Source of the DNA: Protoeuglena noctilucae
Taxonomy: Eukaryota
Reading direction: 5' to 3'
NCBI GenBank assembly: GCA_958009085.1
Contig: OY253682.1
Coordinates: forward strand, 682,001-746,000
DNA length: 64,000 nucleotides
Shown here: positions 20,201 through 33,171 of the stretch, in pieces
Layout: the number at the start of each line of letters is the position of its first letter
How positions within the stretch are numbered: position 1 is the stretch's first letter
The notes under the pieces: generated by a model
Databases searched by the model: none
What the model saw: only the letters and a program-made list of their open reading frames with translations
Told to the model about the DNA's origin: nothing
Position numbers and translations under genes: made by a program

Positions 20201-21632
20201 TGGCTGGCCATGCGCCGGCTGTTCTCGTCTGCGACGCCGCGGAGGAGGTCACGGCTGTCAGTTATGCCCGAGACTCCCACTCAGGCGGGCGCCGCCACAG
20301 CATCCCTTGCTGCCGCTCACCGATCGCGGGGCGGAAGATGCATGCCTCCCGCTCCTTCCGTTCCTCGTCCTCCTGCCGCTGCCGCATCCGGTCCGCCATC
20401 GACACCTGCTTCTGCTGCGCATTCTCCCACAGCCTCTGCCACCCGGGCCCCTTCTGCTGCACCCCCGCCGCCGGCCGCGTCGAGATGACGGGGCGGAAGG
20501 TGTACTCGGACATCATCTTCTCCTCCCGCTCGGCGCGCGCCGCCTCGTACTCGAGCGTGCGGATGGCGCGCTGCTGGATGCCCTGCCGGTACAGCCGGTC
20601 CACGAGATGGTCGCCGCGGACCTCGGCCGCGGGGGCGCCCTTGCGCCGGGCCCCCGGGCCCTGCGCTCGCTGCGCCTCCCGCTCCCGCTCCGCCTCGAGC
20701 ACGAGGAGCTCGTGCCGCCGACGCGTATCATCCGCGTCCTCGTACAGGCGGTTGTACGCCGGCTCGGGGCGCTTCTTCTTCTTCTTCAGCACCTTGCGCG
20801 TCCCTGCCGCAGCGTGCCCCGATGAGTCTGCATGGGGCGACGAGTCCTGCGCCGGGGCGGCCTGAGCGGCCTGCTCGTCCGCCTTACGAAGCTCCTCTGC
20901 GGCCAGAAGACGAGGATCCGGCGATCCGGCGCTGCTCGGCGCGGCCCGCCAGGTGTGCGCCCTGCTCGCTGGTGCTCACCCAGCACGTGCTGCAGCAACG
21001 GGACGACGACGTCGTCCCCCAAACCATGCTCCTGGCAAAATGCACGCACGCGGTCCTCGGCGGAATCGTCCTGCGGCGCACGCGGGACGCCGGGCGGAGC
21101 GTGTCAAGGTGTCGCGAAGATGCTGCGGGCCCGGTCCCCACGACGCGCGGGGGGCGACTCCGCGACGTCATATCAAACCCGCCGGTGCGAACCCCATATA
21201 CTAGCATCGGGACACGGGGAAAGGACGCCGACGCGCCCGGGGAAGGCGCAGGAGCTGGCGCACAGGTCGGTTGTCGCAGAGAGGGCCCTCGGCCGCTGAG
21301 CGACAGCGTCGCGCGTCCGCGCCCAGCCAACACATAGTTCGGCGAGACAGGTGGCGGACACGCGCCCCAACCATCCGCCATCGGCCCCCGAGGCGCGCAG
21401 CAAAGGCCCGCACTTCGACATGGGGCCGGGCAAGGGCCAGGGCCCCCCGCCGCGCCATTGCGCACGTCCGCCGCCCCTCAGACTACCATGCAGGCTCAGA
21501 CGTCAAAGCGCGTATGCGCACCGCGTAGAGGATGAGCTGGGGCGCCCAGGGCGGGTCTTCGCTGAGCTCCACGTTCGTGATGAGACGGATGGGCCGATCC
21601 GACGGCATCGGGTCCGTCTTCGCTGCCGACAT
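17246..21632 (-). CDS. Large coiled-coil protein with repeated xTFxPxI motifs (putative microtubule/basal-body associated); 3' end uncertain
   Basis: EYTFRPVIS, CIFRPAI, ATFQPKID, LFHPVIR, ITFKPKIN and 'RLY' motifs; N-terminal DSAEDRVRAFCQEHGL domain; ~10 exons. Confidence 0.65.
21107..21500 (-). ncRNA. Candidate long intronic H/ACA RNA
   Basis: Inside the 451-nt intron 21521-21071: H box ATATGA 21173-21168, 9-bp stem GTCGCGGAG/CTTCGCGAC, ACA at 21112-21110, 5' closing stem TGAGCCTGC/GCGGGTTTG. Confidence 0.5.
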
Positions 21633-21929
21633 CGCCGAAAGCGCCCGCCTTGTCCGCCTGCACGCCCTTCGAGCTGGCTCGCGGGCCTCCCGGTTCTTCT
21701 GGTGGCCGGGGAGACCGAGCACGGACTCCGCGGCGAGCGAGGCTAGGCGAAATGGAAAGGAGTTGTCACGGTGCGACCCTTCAGCCGCAGATTTGACAGA
21801 CGCCCACCTGACTCGGTCGCCGTTCGATTTCCAACGTCCGACCGACGGAGTTCCGGGACTCCGGGCCTCCCCTACCTGTCGCCGGCATCGAACGGTCACG
21901 CAGGGTCAGGACGGGCAGCATCCTGGCAC

Positions 21930-24024
21930 ATGTCTGCAGCTGCATCGGGTGTGTGCATGCAACGGGCGCAGGCTTCGGCCCGGTTCGAGACCTGCGCCCG
22001 ACAGCGTGGCGGAGCCGAACCCTTGCGAGCAACCCGATACGCTGGGATCGACCTAGGGACTTCCAACTCCGCGGTCGCCGTGGTGGACCTGCGTGACGGC
22101 GGAGCCCGGCCGCGGATTGGTGAGCGCGGGCCCGAACACGCCGATGCCTGTGCGGATGGAGAGTGGATGACAGGCATTCGAAGGCTGGCCTCTAAATTTC
22201 TCACCACGGACGCCGATGACCGCAGTGGAGACGCGGGATGGGGCCACCACGCCGTCCGTCGTCACTTTCCTCCCGGATGGAAGCGCTGTGGTCGGCCGGT
22301 GAGGCGGACTTCTGTGTTATCGCATAAGCATGGTGTCCGAGCCAGGTGCGACGCAGGCATCGCGGCCCTGTCCACAGGACAGCCCTGCAGGCCGAGGCGG
22401 AGGGTCGCGGGACTACTCTCCGGCATTTCAAGCGCTTGACGGGGATGCGCATGCAAGACGCCACCGCCGGCTTCGTCACCATTCCAGCGCCGGCCCAGGA
22501 CCGCGATGTTCTCCCTCAAGAGGCGGGCGCAGCAGTCATTCGTGCTTTGCTGGATGCCATTTGCGACCAGGCGAGAGCCGCCGCGCGTATCGCAACGTCC
22601 GCGTGCTGGATCGAGCAAAGTAGCTGCCGGTCATGCTTCGCGAAGCGTGTGCTCGCCACCGTCGCCGCCGCAGACGGGAGACACGGTTGACCGGGCTGTC
22701 GTTTGCGTGCCCAGTGACTTTGGGAGGGAAGCTATTTACGCGACGCTCGAGGCTGCACAACTGGCTGGTGTCCGGAGGGCTGTGCCCCTTCAGGAGCCAG
22801 TCGCCGCAGCGATTGCCCACGGACTCCTCGCAAATGCTGGTGCGCCCCATCCCGCCCCCGCCACAGTGGCTGCTTGAGTTCACCCTCGGAGAGTGGAGAG
22901 CGGTTCACTGGCTGACCCGCGCAGAGAGTGACTCTGGCCTCTCGCCCGCCTCCCCCAGGCGAGGAGCTGGTGCTGGTGTTTGACTTGGGCGGTGGAACAT
23001 GCGACGTGTCCCTGCTAGACTGCTTCGAGGGTATCGTGGAGGTGGTGGCCACGAGCGGGGACCGGGGGCTCGGAGGCACGGACATGGACGACCTGTTGGC
23101 GCGTCATATGGCCATGCGGTTGGGGCTGGACCCCGAGGTGTGCAGCGAGCATACCTGCCGCCTTTTGGAGACTGACATGATCCTTGCAAGCTGCAATCGC
23201 AGCCCAGGGCCTCTGACCTCAGGACCTGTCTCGAGATGCCGGGGTGTGGCAGCGCTGGCGCAGTGCCGCTGAGGGTGCCAAGCTGCGCCTCAGCGATGCG
23301 GAGGATGCTGACTTTCAAGTCCCAGGAACCTCGTCGGAAAGCCACGCGGGCCCCAATACCAGGGCTTTGGTGACGCGGTGAGTGCGTCTCCTGCCACGAA
23401 AGGCCTGCCTGAGCCAGCTTGTACTCCAACCCAATCCCTCCCTGCTCTCCGCTGTCCGCACCAGGGAGGAGTTTGAGACCGTCGTGCAACCCCTGCTACT
23501 GCGAATGGCATGCGGGCCGTTGCGAGAGCTGTCCGAGGCAGCTAAGCTGGAGTGGGAGTGGGCGCCGTGGGAGAAGGCGGCTGCCAACGTGGACCGCACA
23601 GGTGCTCAGGGCTGGCGGAGGAACAGCAAGCGGCCGCGGGAGGCAGTGGTGACGGAGCAGTCCCTCTATGCCGTCCTCGCAGTGCGGGGGCGTTGGGACC
23701 CGCCCCCACGGAGGGTGACGCAGGTGGTGCTCGTCGGAGCGGCAACAAAGGTTCCCTGCGTCCGGGGTCTAATCGAGCGCATGACTGGGCTCGAGGCGAG
23801 GGGCAAAAATGCTTTGAAATGATTCTTGCATCATAGGATGGCCAGGGGCGAGCGCATGCCCCCCCTGCTCATCGCAGGTCAGGACCGACGTGGACCCGGA
23901 GCTCGCCGTCGCCCTGGGCGCTGCGGTGCACGCGGCCGTCCTTGAGGGCCACGTCTCTGGCATCGAGGTCATGGACGGCACCTACAACTGGGACATGCAC
24001 CAGAGGGCCTCAGGGTTCTCGTGA
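21930..24024 (+). CDS. Hsp70-like protein consisting only of the nucleotide-binding domain
   Basis: [66 protein letters not shown]; stop ~30 aa later. Confidence 0.88.
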
Positions 24025-24065
24025 CGCTGAGGGGGCTCTTGTGGTCAGACTGCAGGGCGGGTGTG

Positions 24066-25077
24066 CTAGGCGGCAATGATTCCACAGCCCGCGATGACCA
24101 CGGGCACCGTCGGCTTCTCTTCCTCGTCCTTCCCCGACGCCGTGGCCTCGATCATGTCCAGCACCTCGAAGCCGTCCGTCACCTCCCCGAACACGACGTG
24201 CTTGCCGTTGAGCTTGGGTTGCGGGCCGAACGTGATGAAGAACTGGCTTGTATTGCTGTTCTTGCCTGCGAGGGTGGGAGGTCCACCTGCTCCCGCCTCA
24301 TCAGTCATGCATTTGTCCGGGTGCCACCACACGGGCCTGGAGACTCTTGCCTGTGTTGCCCATCGCCACGAGCCCCCGGCGGTCGAGCTTGGCCTTGAGC
24401 CCCGCGGGGTCGTCCTTGAACTTCTTACCGTGAATGCTCTCGCCGCCGGTGCCGTTCCCAAAAAGGATGTCACCGCCTTGCACGACGAAGCCCCGCACCA
24501 CGCGATGGAAAGGGCAGCCCAGGTAATGAAGCGGCTTCCCACTCTCGCCGCGCCCCTTCTCCCCCGTGCACTGCAGACACGCGCGGCTCAGCCTCACGGC
24601 GCTGCGACTGCGCTGCGACTGCGCTGCGACTTGACTGCGCAGCACACGACCAAGCCACGTCGCCCAATTGCGCAGTCACCATAGCCATGAAGTTCTGGGT
24701 TGCCAGGGGCGCGACATCTGGCCACAGCTCGATGGTGATGCGCTCAGGGCGCATCTCCGTCACCACGGTGCCCTTCCCCGACCATTCCCAGTCGCTTGGG
24801 AACAGCTCCTGGACTATGCGCTTCTTCTCGCTGCCCCCCAGATCCTCGAGGTTGTTGCTGCTAAAACCGTATCTTCAGATGGAAAGGAGGTCTGCCGTTT
24901 AGGACCGTGCAGGGCAGCGACCGTAAACCAGCCCGCATGGGCAACGGCAGCCGCTTCTCGCCGCCCCTGAGCGCCTGCTGACCTGAGATTTGTCGCTTTT
25001 ACAAATTCACAGGCGAGATTGTACTTGTCGCGCCATCCATCGATGTCCACGTCCAGATACACTCGCGGACGTGCCAT
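24066..25077 (-). CDS. Cyclophilin-type peptidyl-prolyl isomerase with N-terminal insertion
   Basis: [42 protein letters not shown]. Confidence 0.95.
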
Positions 25078-25232
25078 CAAAGCTTCCCCATCGATCCCAT
25101 CGCGCGTTTCCGCGCAGCCGCTCGTGACGCGTGGGCCGTTGCACGTGCCCCAGCCAATTTAGATCGCGGGGAAGGGCTCGTGAAAACCCCAAGGGGTTTT
25201 ACCAGGGTAGCTGCCAGCCTTAGGCACCACCA

Positions 25233-27863
25233 TCATACGAAGTAGTCCTGGACACCCAGCATTTTCTGAAGATCTGTGTTCTCGTACAACAGGATGACCC
25301 CGCAGCCCCCCAGGACGCCCGCCATCGCCAGAAGCCGCACCCACGACATGCCACCTGGCTTTCTTGAGAGACACGGGGCAGCGTGGCGAGTGGCAACGCG
25401 AGACGCTGACCTCGACGATCGCAGCATCCTGCTACGCGCCGGCTGGTGCCGTGGAGCCTCACCAGAGTCCGCCCTTGTGCCAAAGTGCCGGCCCATGCCC
25501 GAGACCACCAGCATGATGAGCGCCATGGATGCCAGGGACGCCATGACGGGGACGTTGAACAGCATCGAGTAGTCACCGTAGGGCTGGCCCACAAGGAGCA
25601 GGTTGGAGCGGAGGACCCGGGTCGACGGGTGGCGACAGAGCCCTGGCCCCTGCTGCCATGCCGGGTGCTCAAACAGCACCACGGTCGCCGGGGGCACCTC
25701 GTACCCTCGCGCCATGTCCGCGGGCGTCTCCTCGAGGGATATGGGCAGCTTCTCGACCGTCACATGGAAGCGCGCCACGTCCCGGCCCGCCGCCGCTCCG
25801 GCCGCCATGCATGCCACCAGAGAATGCGCCCCGCGGCGAACATGGGACGGCGCGCGAGACAGGTGGCCTACCGGGCTGCCACCGTGCGCGCTGGCGGCTG
25901 ACTCGAGCACCGCAGGACCATGGGGGTCGCCCTGCGTGCAGGGAGCCCCGGGACATGTACGGGACATCGCATTAGGGGCACAGAGCAACCCTGTGCATGG
26001 CATCGCAAACCACACCCCCTATCTCACTTGAGAGACAGACAAGCCCCACTTTGCTGCAGTCCACGCCCCGGCCACCACCACCTCGCGTGTCTCTGGGTCC
26101 GCGTGGCCGAGGGAGGCCCCGAGAGTGAACAGCCGCGGATTGATGTTCCATGGGAATGTTTGCCGCACACACAGAGATGCTGCGCATGTGTGAGGGTGGG
26201 TAGCGCTTGTGCCAAGGATCACGGGGCTACGTACCAAGGCGCGCCACGCGGCTGCGGCGCACCTCCGGGTGGGAAGGGTGCGTCGGCCACGATGTCGAGG
26301 GCCACCGTGGCCAGGTTCGCGCCATCTCGCAGCAGATACTGGTGCACACGCACGCCTCCCACCAGGACCGGATCCGCGTGTGCTGTGTGCAGAGAAGGTG
26401 AGTTAGTCCAATGGCGCCCGCAGAGTCGCGTTCCTCCGGTACGCGAGACCAATATCGCACCTTCGCCCAGTAGGCGGGCACCCGGGTAAAGGGGGAAGTC
26501 GTAGAGTGTCCCAACACAGCTGAGGCGCGGGGCAGAGGTGGCGTGCTGGGCCGCCTCTTGCAGACCACGGCACCCCATGGCAAGACGCAGGCGCGACGAG
26601 GACGCCAGGGGGCACCCCAGCAAAGGCGAGGTGTCGATGACGCGAGGGAGAAGGGACTGGGCGAAGTCCTGGGAGGGTGCAGCCAGGGACTACGGGGAAG
26701 GTGGTTGGCTGTTCCAGACAGCGTCCCAGTATGGCCATCATTCGCAGCGCCACAGGCGCCTCAAATAAGACCCAGGAGTTGAGCCAGCGACTCACGCGCT
26801 GATCAACACCTCTCTACCCCAGTAACTCACCGAGAGCGCGTGCGCGACGTCGAACTCGTTGGGGAAGATGCCAGTGACTTCCACCGTAACTTCCCAGCGG
26901 CCAGGTCGAGAGTCGAGGCCCGGGTGGGCGGAGGATGCCACGCGCAGGTTGGCGTAGTCGGCCTTGTCCATGAATGCGGGTGACGCGAAGAGGGCAGCGG
27001 CGCCCACGGAAGGGCCGCAGGGCGTCGCCATCGCAGCGGCTCGGAGCATGTCGGAGCGCAGCGTGAGCCGTCCCAGGAATGCGTCCAGGCACACGCGGGG
27101 GCCCTCCGATGGGTCGCTGAGACACGGCCCCGAGGCTGGCAAGGGGCCCGCACCCAGGCCCGCAAAGCCAGCCCCGTCGACGGCAGCGACGACCCTGTCG
27201 TAGCAGCTCGACCGCTCCCGCGCCTGGCCCGCCCCCCCGCCCGGCATTTCGACGTGCAGCGACGCCCCGCCAGGGTCGCCGGGGGATCGCCGCAGCATGG
27301 CCCACTCGGGGTCGATGTCCCCTCGGCTCGTTGACGCCACGAACGAGCTGGCACAGTCCAGCGCGCCGGAGAGGGAAGAGGACGCCAAATGCGAGCAGGC
27401 GAGGGCCTGCACGCCGAACGAGGTCGGGAACCCCGCCTTGGGAGCTTGGGATTCCTAGGAACGTGCCATGACGCGCTCGTGTGAGCGACATGTACCGAGT
27501 GCGGCGAGCGTGGATGCCATCGCTGTGCGGGACAGCGCGCTGAGGTCACCTCCCCGTCCATGGCGGCCCCGTACGCGACGCGGATCGCCACACCGACATG
27601 GCTGGAGGACGCTGCCCACACGTCCACTTGCTCCTGCACGCAGCCATCGCACGCCATGGCGAGGCAGGGCGCCGGCGAGTCGCCGGGCCTCGCTGGCTCA
27701 CGCTCCGTCTGGCACGCGGGCCAGCCCGACTGATTGCGAGGATCCTGAGAAAACAAGCCACTGCGAGGTGACCGGGATCGCACGTCGTCCCGGAAATGGA
27801 ATCGCGGCACAGTCCCGGTGCTTTGAGAAGCCAAGTCTGTCGACGTGCAAAACGCAAGTGCAT
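25233..27863 (-). CDS. PIGT: GPI transamidase subunit PIG-T/Gpi16-like (start uncertain)
   Basis: EETPADMARGYEVPP...LLLVGQPYGDYSMLFNV followed by TM helix resembles the PIG-T C-terminal motif (EY.PD..HGF...LLV.LP.PDFSMPYNV); TPCGPSVG. Confidence 0.7.
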
Positions 27864-27961
27864 GTTCTTCGCTCAATTGGCCTCCGGTTCAATCCTCTAT
27901 GCTGCTCTTCGCGGTCAGCTGCTTCGAAATAATTAGCCCGCAGTGCCGGCGGCTCCATCTG

Positions 27962-29341
27962 ATGGGCGCCTCGCCAGTGCGCCGGTCTGCGAAGCGGCAG
28001 CGATCGGCGGACGCGGTCGGCGACAGGAGCGTCGTTTCTTCTGCCAGCCCGTTTCCAGAGTTTCCGTCGCCGTCACCCAGCGAATGTAGGGGTGCTGCTG
28101 AGGCTCTGGTGAGAGAATCTCAGAAAGGTGACTTTCCCTTCCCTGTGCCACTGGTCTCTCGCTGACCACACACCCTGCTTCGGCGCAGGCGCGCCTGCAT
28201 GGGCACCCCACTACCAGCCAGGGTGCTTCGGGTCCTCGCAAGACGGTGCTGGACCACCTCGTCCGCACGGTGCTGTCCCAGAACACCACGGACACTACGA
28301 GCCAGAGGGCCTTCTCCGCCCTAAAGGCCAGGTTCCATGCCGCCCTCACTGCTTTGCCTCCTTTACACCCCACACTTTGCTCTGCCCCGTCCCAAGCAGT
28401 GCCACCTCCTGTGCCGAGAGCTGCAGGTTCCCGACGTGGGAGGAGGTGCGAGCAGCTGATTCAGGCGTCGTGGAGGATGCGATTAGGGTGGGGGGTCTCG
28501 CGGAGATCAAAGCGTCCCGCATCCGAGCCATTCTAGACACGCTGGTCGAGGAGCGGGGCGAGTGCACGCTCGAGTACGTGCGTGACATGGACACTCCATC
28601 GGCCCTTCGCGAGGTGACATAGTGACCACCTCGTTTTGCGCCGGCCGGATGGCTGCCACATGCAGCACGACGTGTCCTTGCTGAATTCCCTTCCCAGCTC
28701 ACGCGCTTCAAAGGCGTGGGGCCGAAGACGGCCAGCTGCGTCTTGCTCTTCGGCATGGGCAGGGCGGAGTTCCCGGTCGACACGCACGTGTGGCAAGTCG
28801 ACGAGGCACGCGAGCGCCCGCCCGCCCGCCCGTGGATTTGGATGGCCTATAAAGACGTGCCCCTGGTAACCCCGCAGGAGGATCTCCCGGTCGCTGAGGT
28901 GGGCGCCGTCCAAGGCGACGCGCGAGGAGACGTACCTTCACCTGAATGAGCGCGTGCCAGGCGAGCAAGGGAGGTATCCGGGCATGGGGATGTCTGCTGT
29001 GCCGTGCCTGTCTGAGCTTCCACTCGCCCGCTGCCCCAGAGGACGTCAAGTACGAGCTGCACGTGCTTCTCGTGGAGCACGGCAAGCGCTGCCCGCGGTG
29101 CGCCAAGGGAGGGAAGAACAGGCAGTCCAGCCACGGGGAGTGCCCCCTGACCGCCGACAACCTGCGCCTGTGGCGCGATGGCCTGGGGGCCAAGGGCGCA
29201 GGGGGGGGCGGTGCAGCGGGGGGCATTGCTGCAAAGGAGGAGGATTGCAAGGTAGGCGTCGGGCCGCTTTCGGAGGGCCCGGGTGAGGGGGCCCTGCCGC
29301 TGAAGGACGAGGGCGCGAGGAAGGGCAGGCGCTTGGATTGA
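27962..29341 (+). CDS. HhH-GPD / endonuclease III-like DNA glycosylase
   Basis: LSQNTTD, GGLAEIKA, FKGVGPKTASCVLLF, FPVDTHVWRIS, LHVLLVEHGKRCPRC. Confidence 0.93.
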
Positions 29342-29505
29342 CTAGGGGGGCAGGCAGGAGCTTTCACTGCAATGCTTGAAGAGGTGCAGAAGTATGACGG
29401 CGATGGCGCCACCCGGCACCACCCGAGAGATCTGCCACATTCAAGGATGGGGAACGTCGTCACACGTCCAGGCACATGTGCAGGCAACTACCACCAAGCA
29501 AGCAT

Positions 29506-31490
29506 TCACTCGGCCAGCCCCGTCGCGTTGAGGAGCTTCCAACGCTTGAGCAGGTACAGGATGATGGCGAAGGCGCCACCCGACAAGATGGCTGACATCA
29601 AGAGAATGACGAGAAAAGCAGGCAGGTCAGATGCGAGGACGCCCGCTTGCCAAGTGTTCATCCCAAAGAGTCCACTGATAGCCGATGTGATCCCAATGCA
29701 GAACGCGGCGGACGTAACGATGGTGTTGAGCATCTGCAGTGCAGGGGAGGTGGAGCTGCATGGCCTCCGTGCCTGCCCGCCGCAACCGCGCACTCGCATG
29801 CCAGCGCCTCACCAGCAGCTGGTTGCGCTGGTTGTCCTGGTTGGCGTGGATGAAGTCCTGCGTGTCGTCCATGTACTGCGAGATGGCCGCCACCTTCTTG
29901 GTCAGCAGGCCCACCTGCACCAGGTACGCCTCCAGCAGCATCTCCACGTCCTCCACGTACTCCTGCTCCACCTCGTCCTGGATGGCCTTGCGCGCCTGCT
30001 GCATCATCGCCATGCGCGTCTCGCGGTCCATGGGCGCCAGCGGGGCCGCCAGGTCCGCGTCGTCGTCCGCCAGCTCCTCGTCCATGGCCGCCTTGACCTC
30101 CTCGTCCACCAGCTCCGGGCTCGACAGGTACAGCCCGAGCATGCTGGCGCTGCTCTCCAGGAGCTTCTCCAGCAGGGAACGCAGGCTCTCGATGTTCTCC
30201 ACCGACGACGCCAGCTTGGTCTTGATCTTGCGCACCGACTCAAGGCCCAGGCGCGTGACCTGGTTCACGAGCGCGTCCATGGTCGTGTGCGCTGAGATCT
30301 CGTGCTCCGCCACCACGTCCCCCAGGTGCTTGATGAGCGCCTGCAGCACGCACTCCAGGCACACGAGCTCGAACGGGGCCTGCTCCTCCACGCTGTGGTG
30401 GGCCACCTTGCCCTGCAGCTTCTCGACCAGCGCGTCCACGGCCCGCGACGACACGGGCTCCTTGAAGTTCAGCATGAACATCTCCTTGGTCCCGATCACG
30501 CACAGGATGGGGGCCAGGTTCACCAGGATGACCTTGTCCCGGCTCATGATGGTGTTGGGATACTGCCCGACGAGCTGCGGCTCCAGCATGCGCAGGTCCC
30601 GCAGGGGGACCCCGATGCGGCGGGATGTGGCGACCTTGCCCATGAACATGAACGACTTGTCCCCGCGGATGTCCACCCGCAGCCACTCCCACTGCCCCGG
30701 GGACACCTCCAGCTGCGGGGGAATGGACGGCAACAGATCGAGTCTCAGCGCGTGCCAGTCCCGCGGAGTGGGATGGGGCATGGCCGCGGCGCCCCACCTG
30801 CTTGTGCTTCCGGTTCATCATCAGCCGCGAGTGCACGCGGGCGTGCATCACAGCCTGCAGGTCCGGCACCGACGTGCTCTTGGCCACCCTGGGAGCAAGG
30901 AAAATCTGCGAAGTGCGGGCGACCCAGTCGGCCCCAGCAGCGACCTCATGCCCCGCCTGCAGCCCTCACGCTTGCGACGCCGGCGCGCGGTCGCCGTGCA
31001 CCGTGGCCGGCCTCGGATGCTCCACGTGCACCCTCCCCGTGTCCACCTCGGACGACCCTCCCCCCGCTCCGTTCTCCGACTGGCTTGGCTTGGGCACCGG
31101 GGGCCCCTCCCGCTGCCCCGGGGACGTGCTCCCTGCGAGGCCCTCCGACCGCTCCGGGATGCCCTCCATCGTCCCGCCGGTGTCCACCAGCCCCCCGAGT
31201 CCGGGCGCTTCCTGGCCGACGAAGCTCCGCGCTTGGCGCTCCATGGTCACCGCGGGGCTCAGCCCGGCAGAGCTGGCGCTCCCCCGGGAGACGCGCGGGA
31301 AGAGGTCGGGGCTCCGGCTGACGTCCCGGCTCTGCTGCCGCGAGAGGCCCTCGCCCCCCGTGTTGCTGCGCTCCACCTCCCGCGAGCGGCGCAGGGAGCG
31401 GCGGAGGCTCCAGCGGCCTGGGGCCGACCGCTGGGGCGCCAGGGAAGGAGCATCGTCCGCCCCGTCAGCGCCCCGTTCCGGCGAAGCCAT
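29506..31490 (-). CDS. MRS2: MRS2/CorA-family magnesium transporter
   Basis: VPLRDLRMLEP, PFELVCLE, DVEMLLEAY, DNQRNQL, LFGMN, two C-terminal TM helices. Confidence 0.93.
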
Positions 31491-31782
31491 GGCACGGCGC
31501 TCCCCACGTCTTCACTCCCCGAGCGAGCACCTGCGACGCACGGAGGCGCGGCGAGCATCGTTACCCGAGGCACGCGGAATAACCAGTTGGAGGGTGAGGC
31601 CTCCATGTCCAATGGAAGAAGGCCTAGGTTTGAAGTGACCGGCAACAGTGTGCCTTAAGCCTGCCACAGGGAGGCCACCAGGAGGCTGTCATGCAGGAAG
31701 GTTTGTAAGTGCCTCTGGCGCTGCCAGTTGTTGTGCGGGCATATGCGCCCGTGATCCATCCTGCCTCTCACTGGCCGCCATG

Positions 31783-33171
31783 TCACACGAGGCCCTCCCT
31801 CTTGAGCCACTGGTGGATGTCATGCGCCCCGGCCGGCGCAGGCCCCGCCCGGAACCACTCGTGCCGCAGCACTTGTGCCGCAGACGCGCGGCGAGCCGGG
31901 TTGAGCGTCAGCATGTGACCCAGGAGGTCGAGGGCCAGGGAGTCGGCGTGGGGCAGCAGGGGCGACAGGCCGCCCCCACGCCAGGGCGGGAAAGAGACCT
32001 TGCCATAATCAGGCAGGCGCGCGGCCTCGGGCCACTCGTCGAGCAGAGCACCCGACCCGAGGGCCTGGAGCACGCGGGCCAGCTGGAGAATGTCGGTGTG
32101 GCCGGGGAAGAGGGGAGAGAGGGCCAGGAGCTCCCCGACCACGCAGCCAGCCGCCCACACGTCCACGGCCGGGCCGTACTCTCGCGCGCCGAAGAGGAGC
32201 TCCGGGGCGCGGTACCACCGCGTCGCCACCGTGTGGGTGTAGGCGGGCCGATGGGGTGCAGCGACCACGTCGGGGACCACGGGGCGCGCGAGGCCAAAGT
32301 CCCCGACCTTGACGGCGCCTCTGCGGCGGCGGGCGGGGGCGGCAGTGACGGCGTCGGCCGGTCCGCGTGCCCTGTGGGCTCACCAGCTCTCCGCTCGGCT
32401 CACCCGGGCGCCACGAGGACGTTGGAAGGCTTCAGGTCTCGGTGGAGGATGCCCGCACCGTGGATGGCAGCGACGCCGCGCAGCATCTGCTGCGCGAGTC
32501 CCTGCAGGAAAGACACCGGCGAGCGATGACATCTTCAGCATCGAGAAGGCGCCCAGGGGGCCGAGGACGCCGCCCCCGCGCCTCGCCTTGACGATGCCCA
32601 GAGGGATGGGCCCCGCGACGCCTTGGATCACCGAGTGCAGATCCGTCATGCAGAGCTCGGTCGCGAGGCAGAGGTAGCTGCCACGGGCGACCACGTCGAC
32701 CAGAGACAGCACGTTGGGGTGGCCGACGCGGGCCAGGGCTTCCGCTTCCCGCACGACGTTGTCTGGCACCCCCTCTTCCGGCTCTCTGAGGGGGCGTCGC
32801 AGAAGAGAGTGGAAGCCTCGAGCGATTAGGCGAAGATGTCCGGCGAGGAACAAGCATTCGGAGCCTCACCGAATGAAAATCTTCTTCAGCGCCACATGCT
32901 GGCCCGTCTCAACGTCTTTGGCGTGGAACACCTGCGGGAGGGGGCGATGCGGCCGGCGAATTTCAAGGAGGGCCAGATAATAGCCCGATGGAGCGGCAGG
33001 ACGGGGGCGTCGGCCCGCCGGATGCACTGCAGAAGGGCGGAGAGTTGTTGCAAGGCATGCATGGCGCCGCCGAGGACTCACATCTGCAAATGCGCCCCGT
33101 CCCAGCCTCCTTAGAACCCGGAAGCGCCCGGTAGTCTCCGAGTCGTCGCCCAGGAACTCGGAGAGGAGCAT
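31783..33171 (-). CDS. CDK20: Cyclin-dependent kinase, CDK20/CCRK-like
   Basis: LGRGAF, VALKK, GVPDNVVRE, HRDLKPSN, DFGLAR, YTHTVATRWYRAPELLFGA, LPDYGKVSF. Confidence 0.8.

Noticed and set aside
24599..24642. 11-bp tandem repeat (gcgctgcgact) in a cyclophilin intron
   Set aside because: Short local slippage repeat with no evidence of function.
29739..31658. Long antisense ORFs (e.g. 639 aa here, 513 aa at 18615-20156, 438 aa at 47848-49164)
   Set aside because: Shadows of GC3-rich genes on the opposite strand; no motifs.
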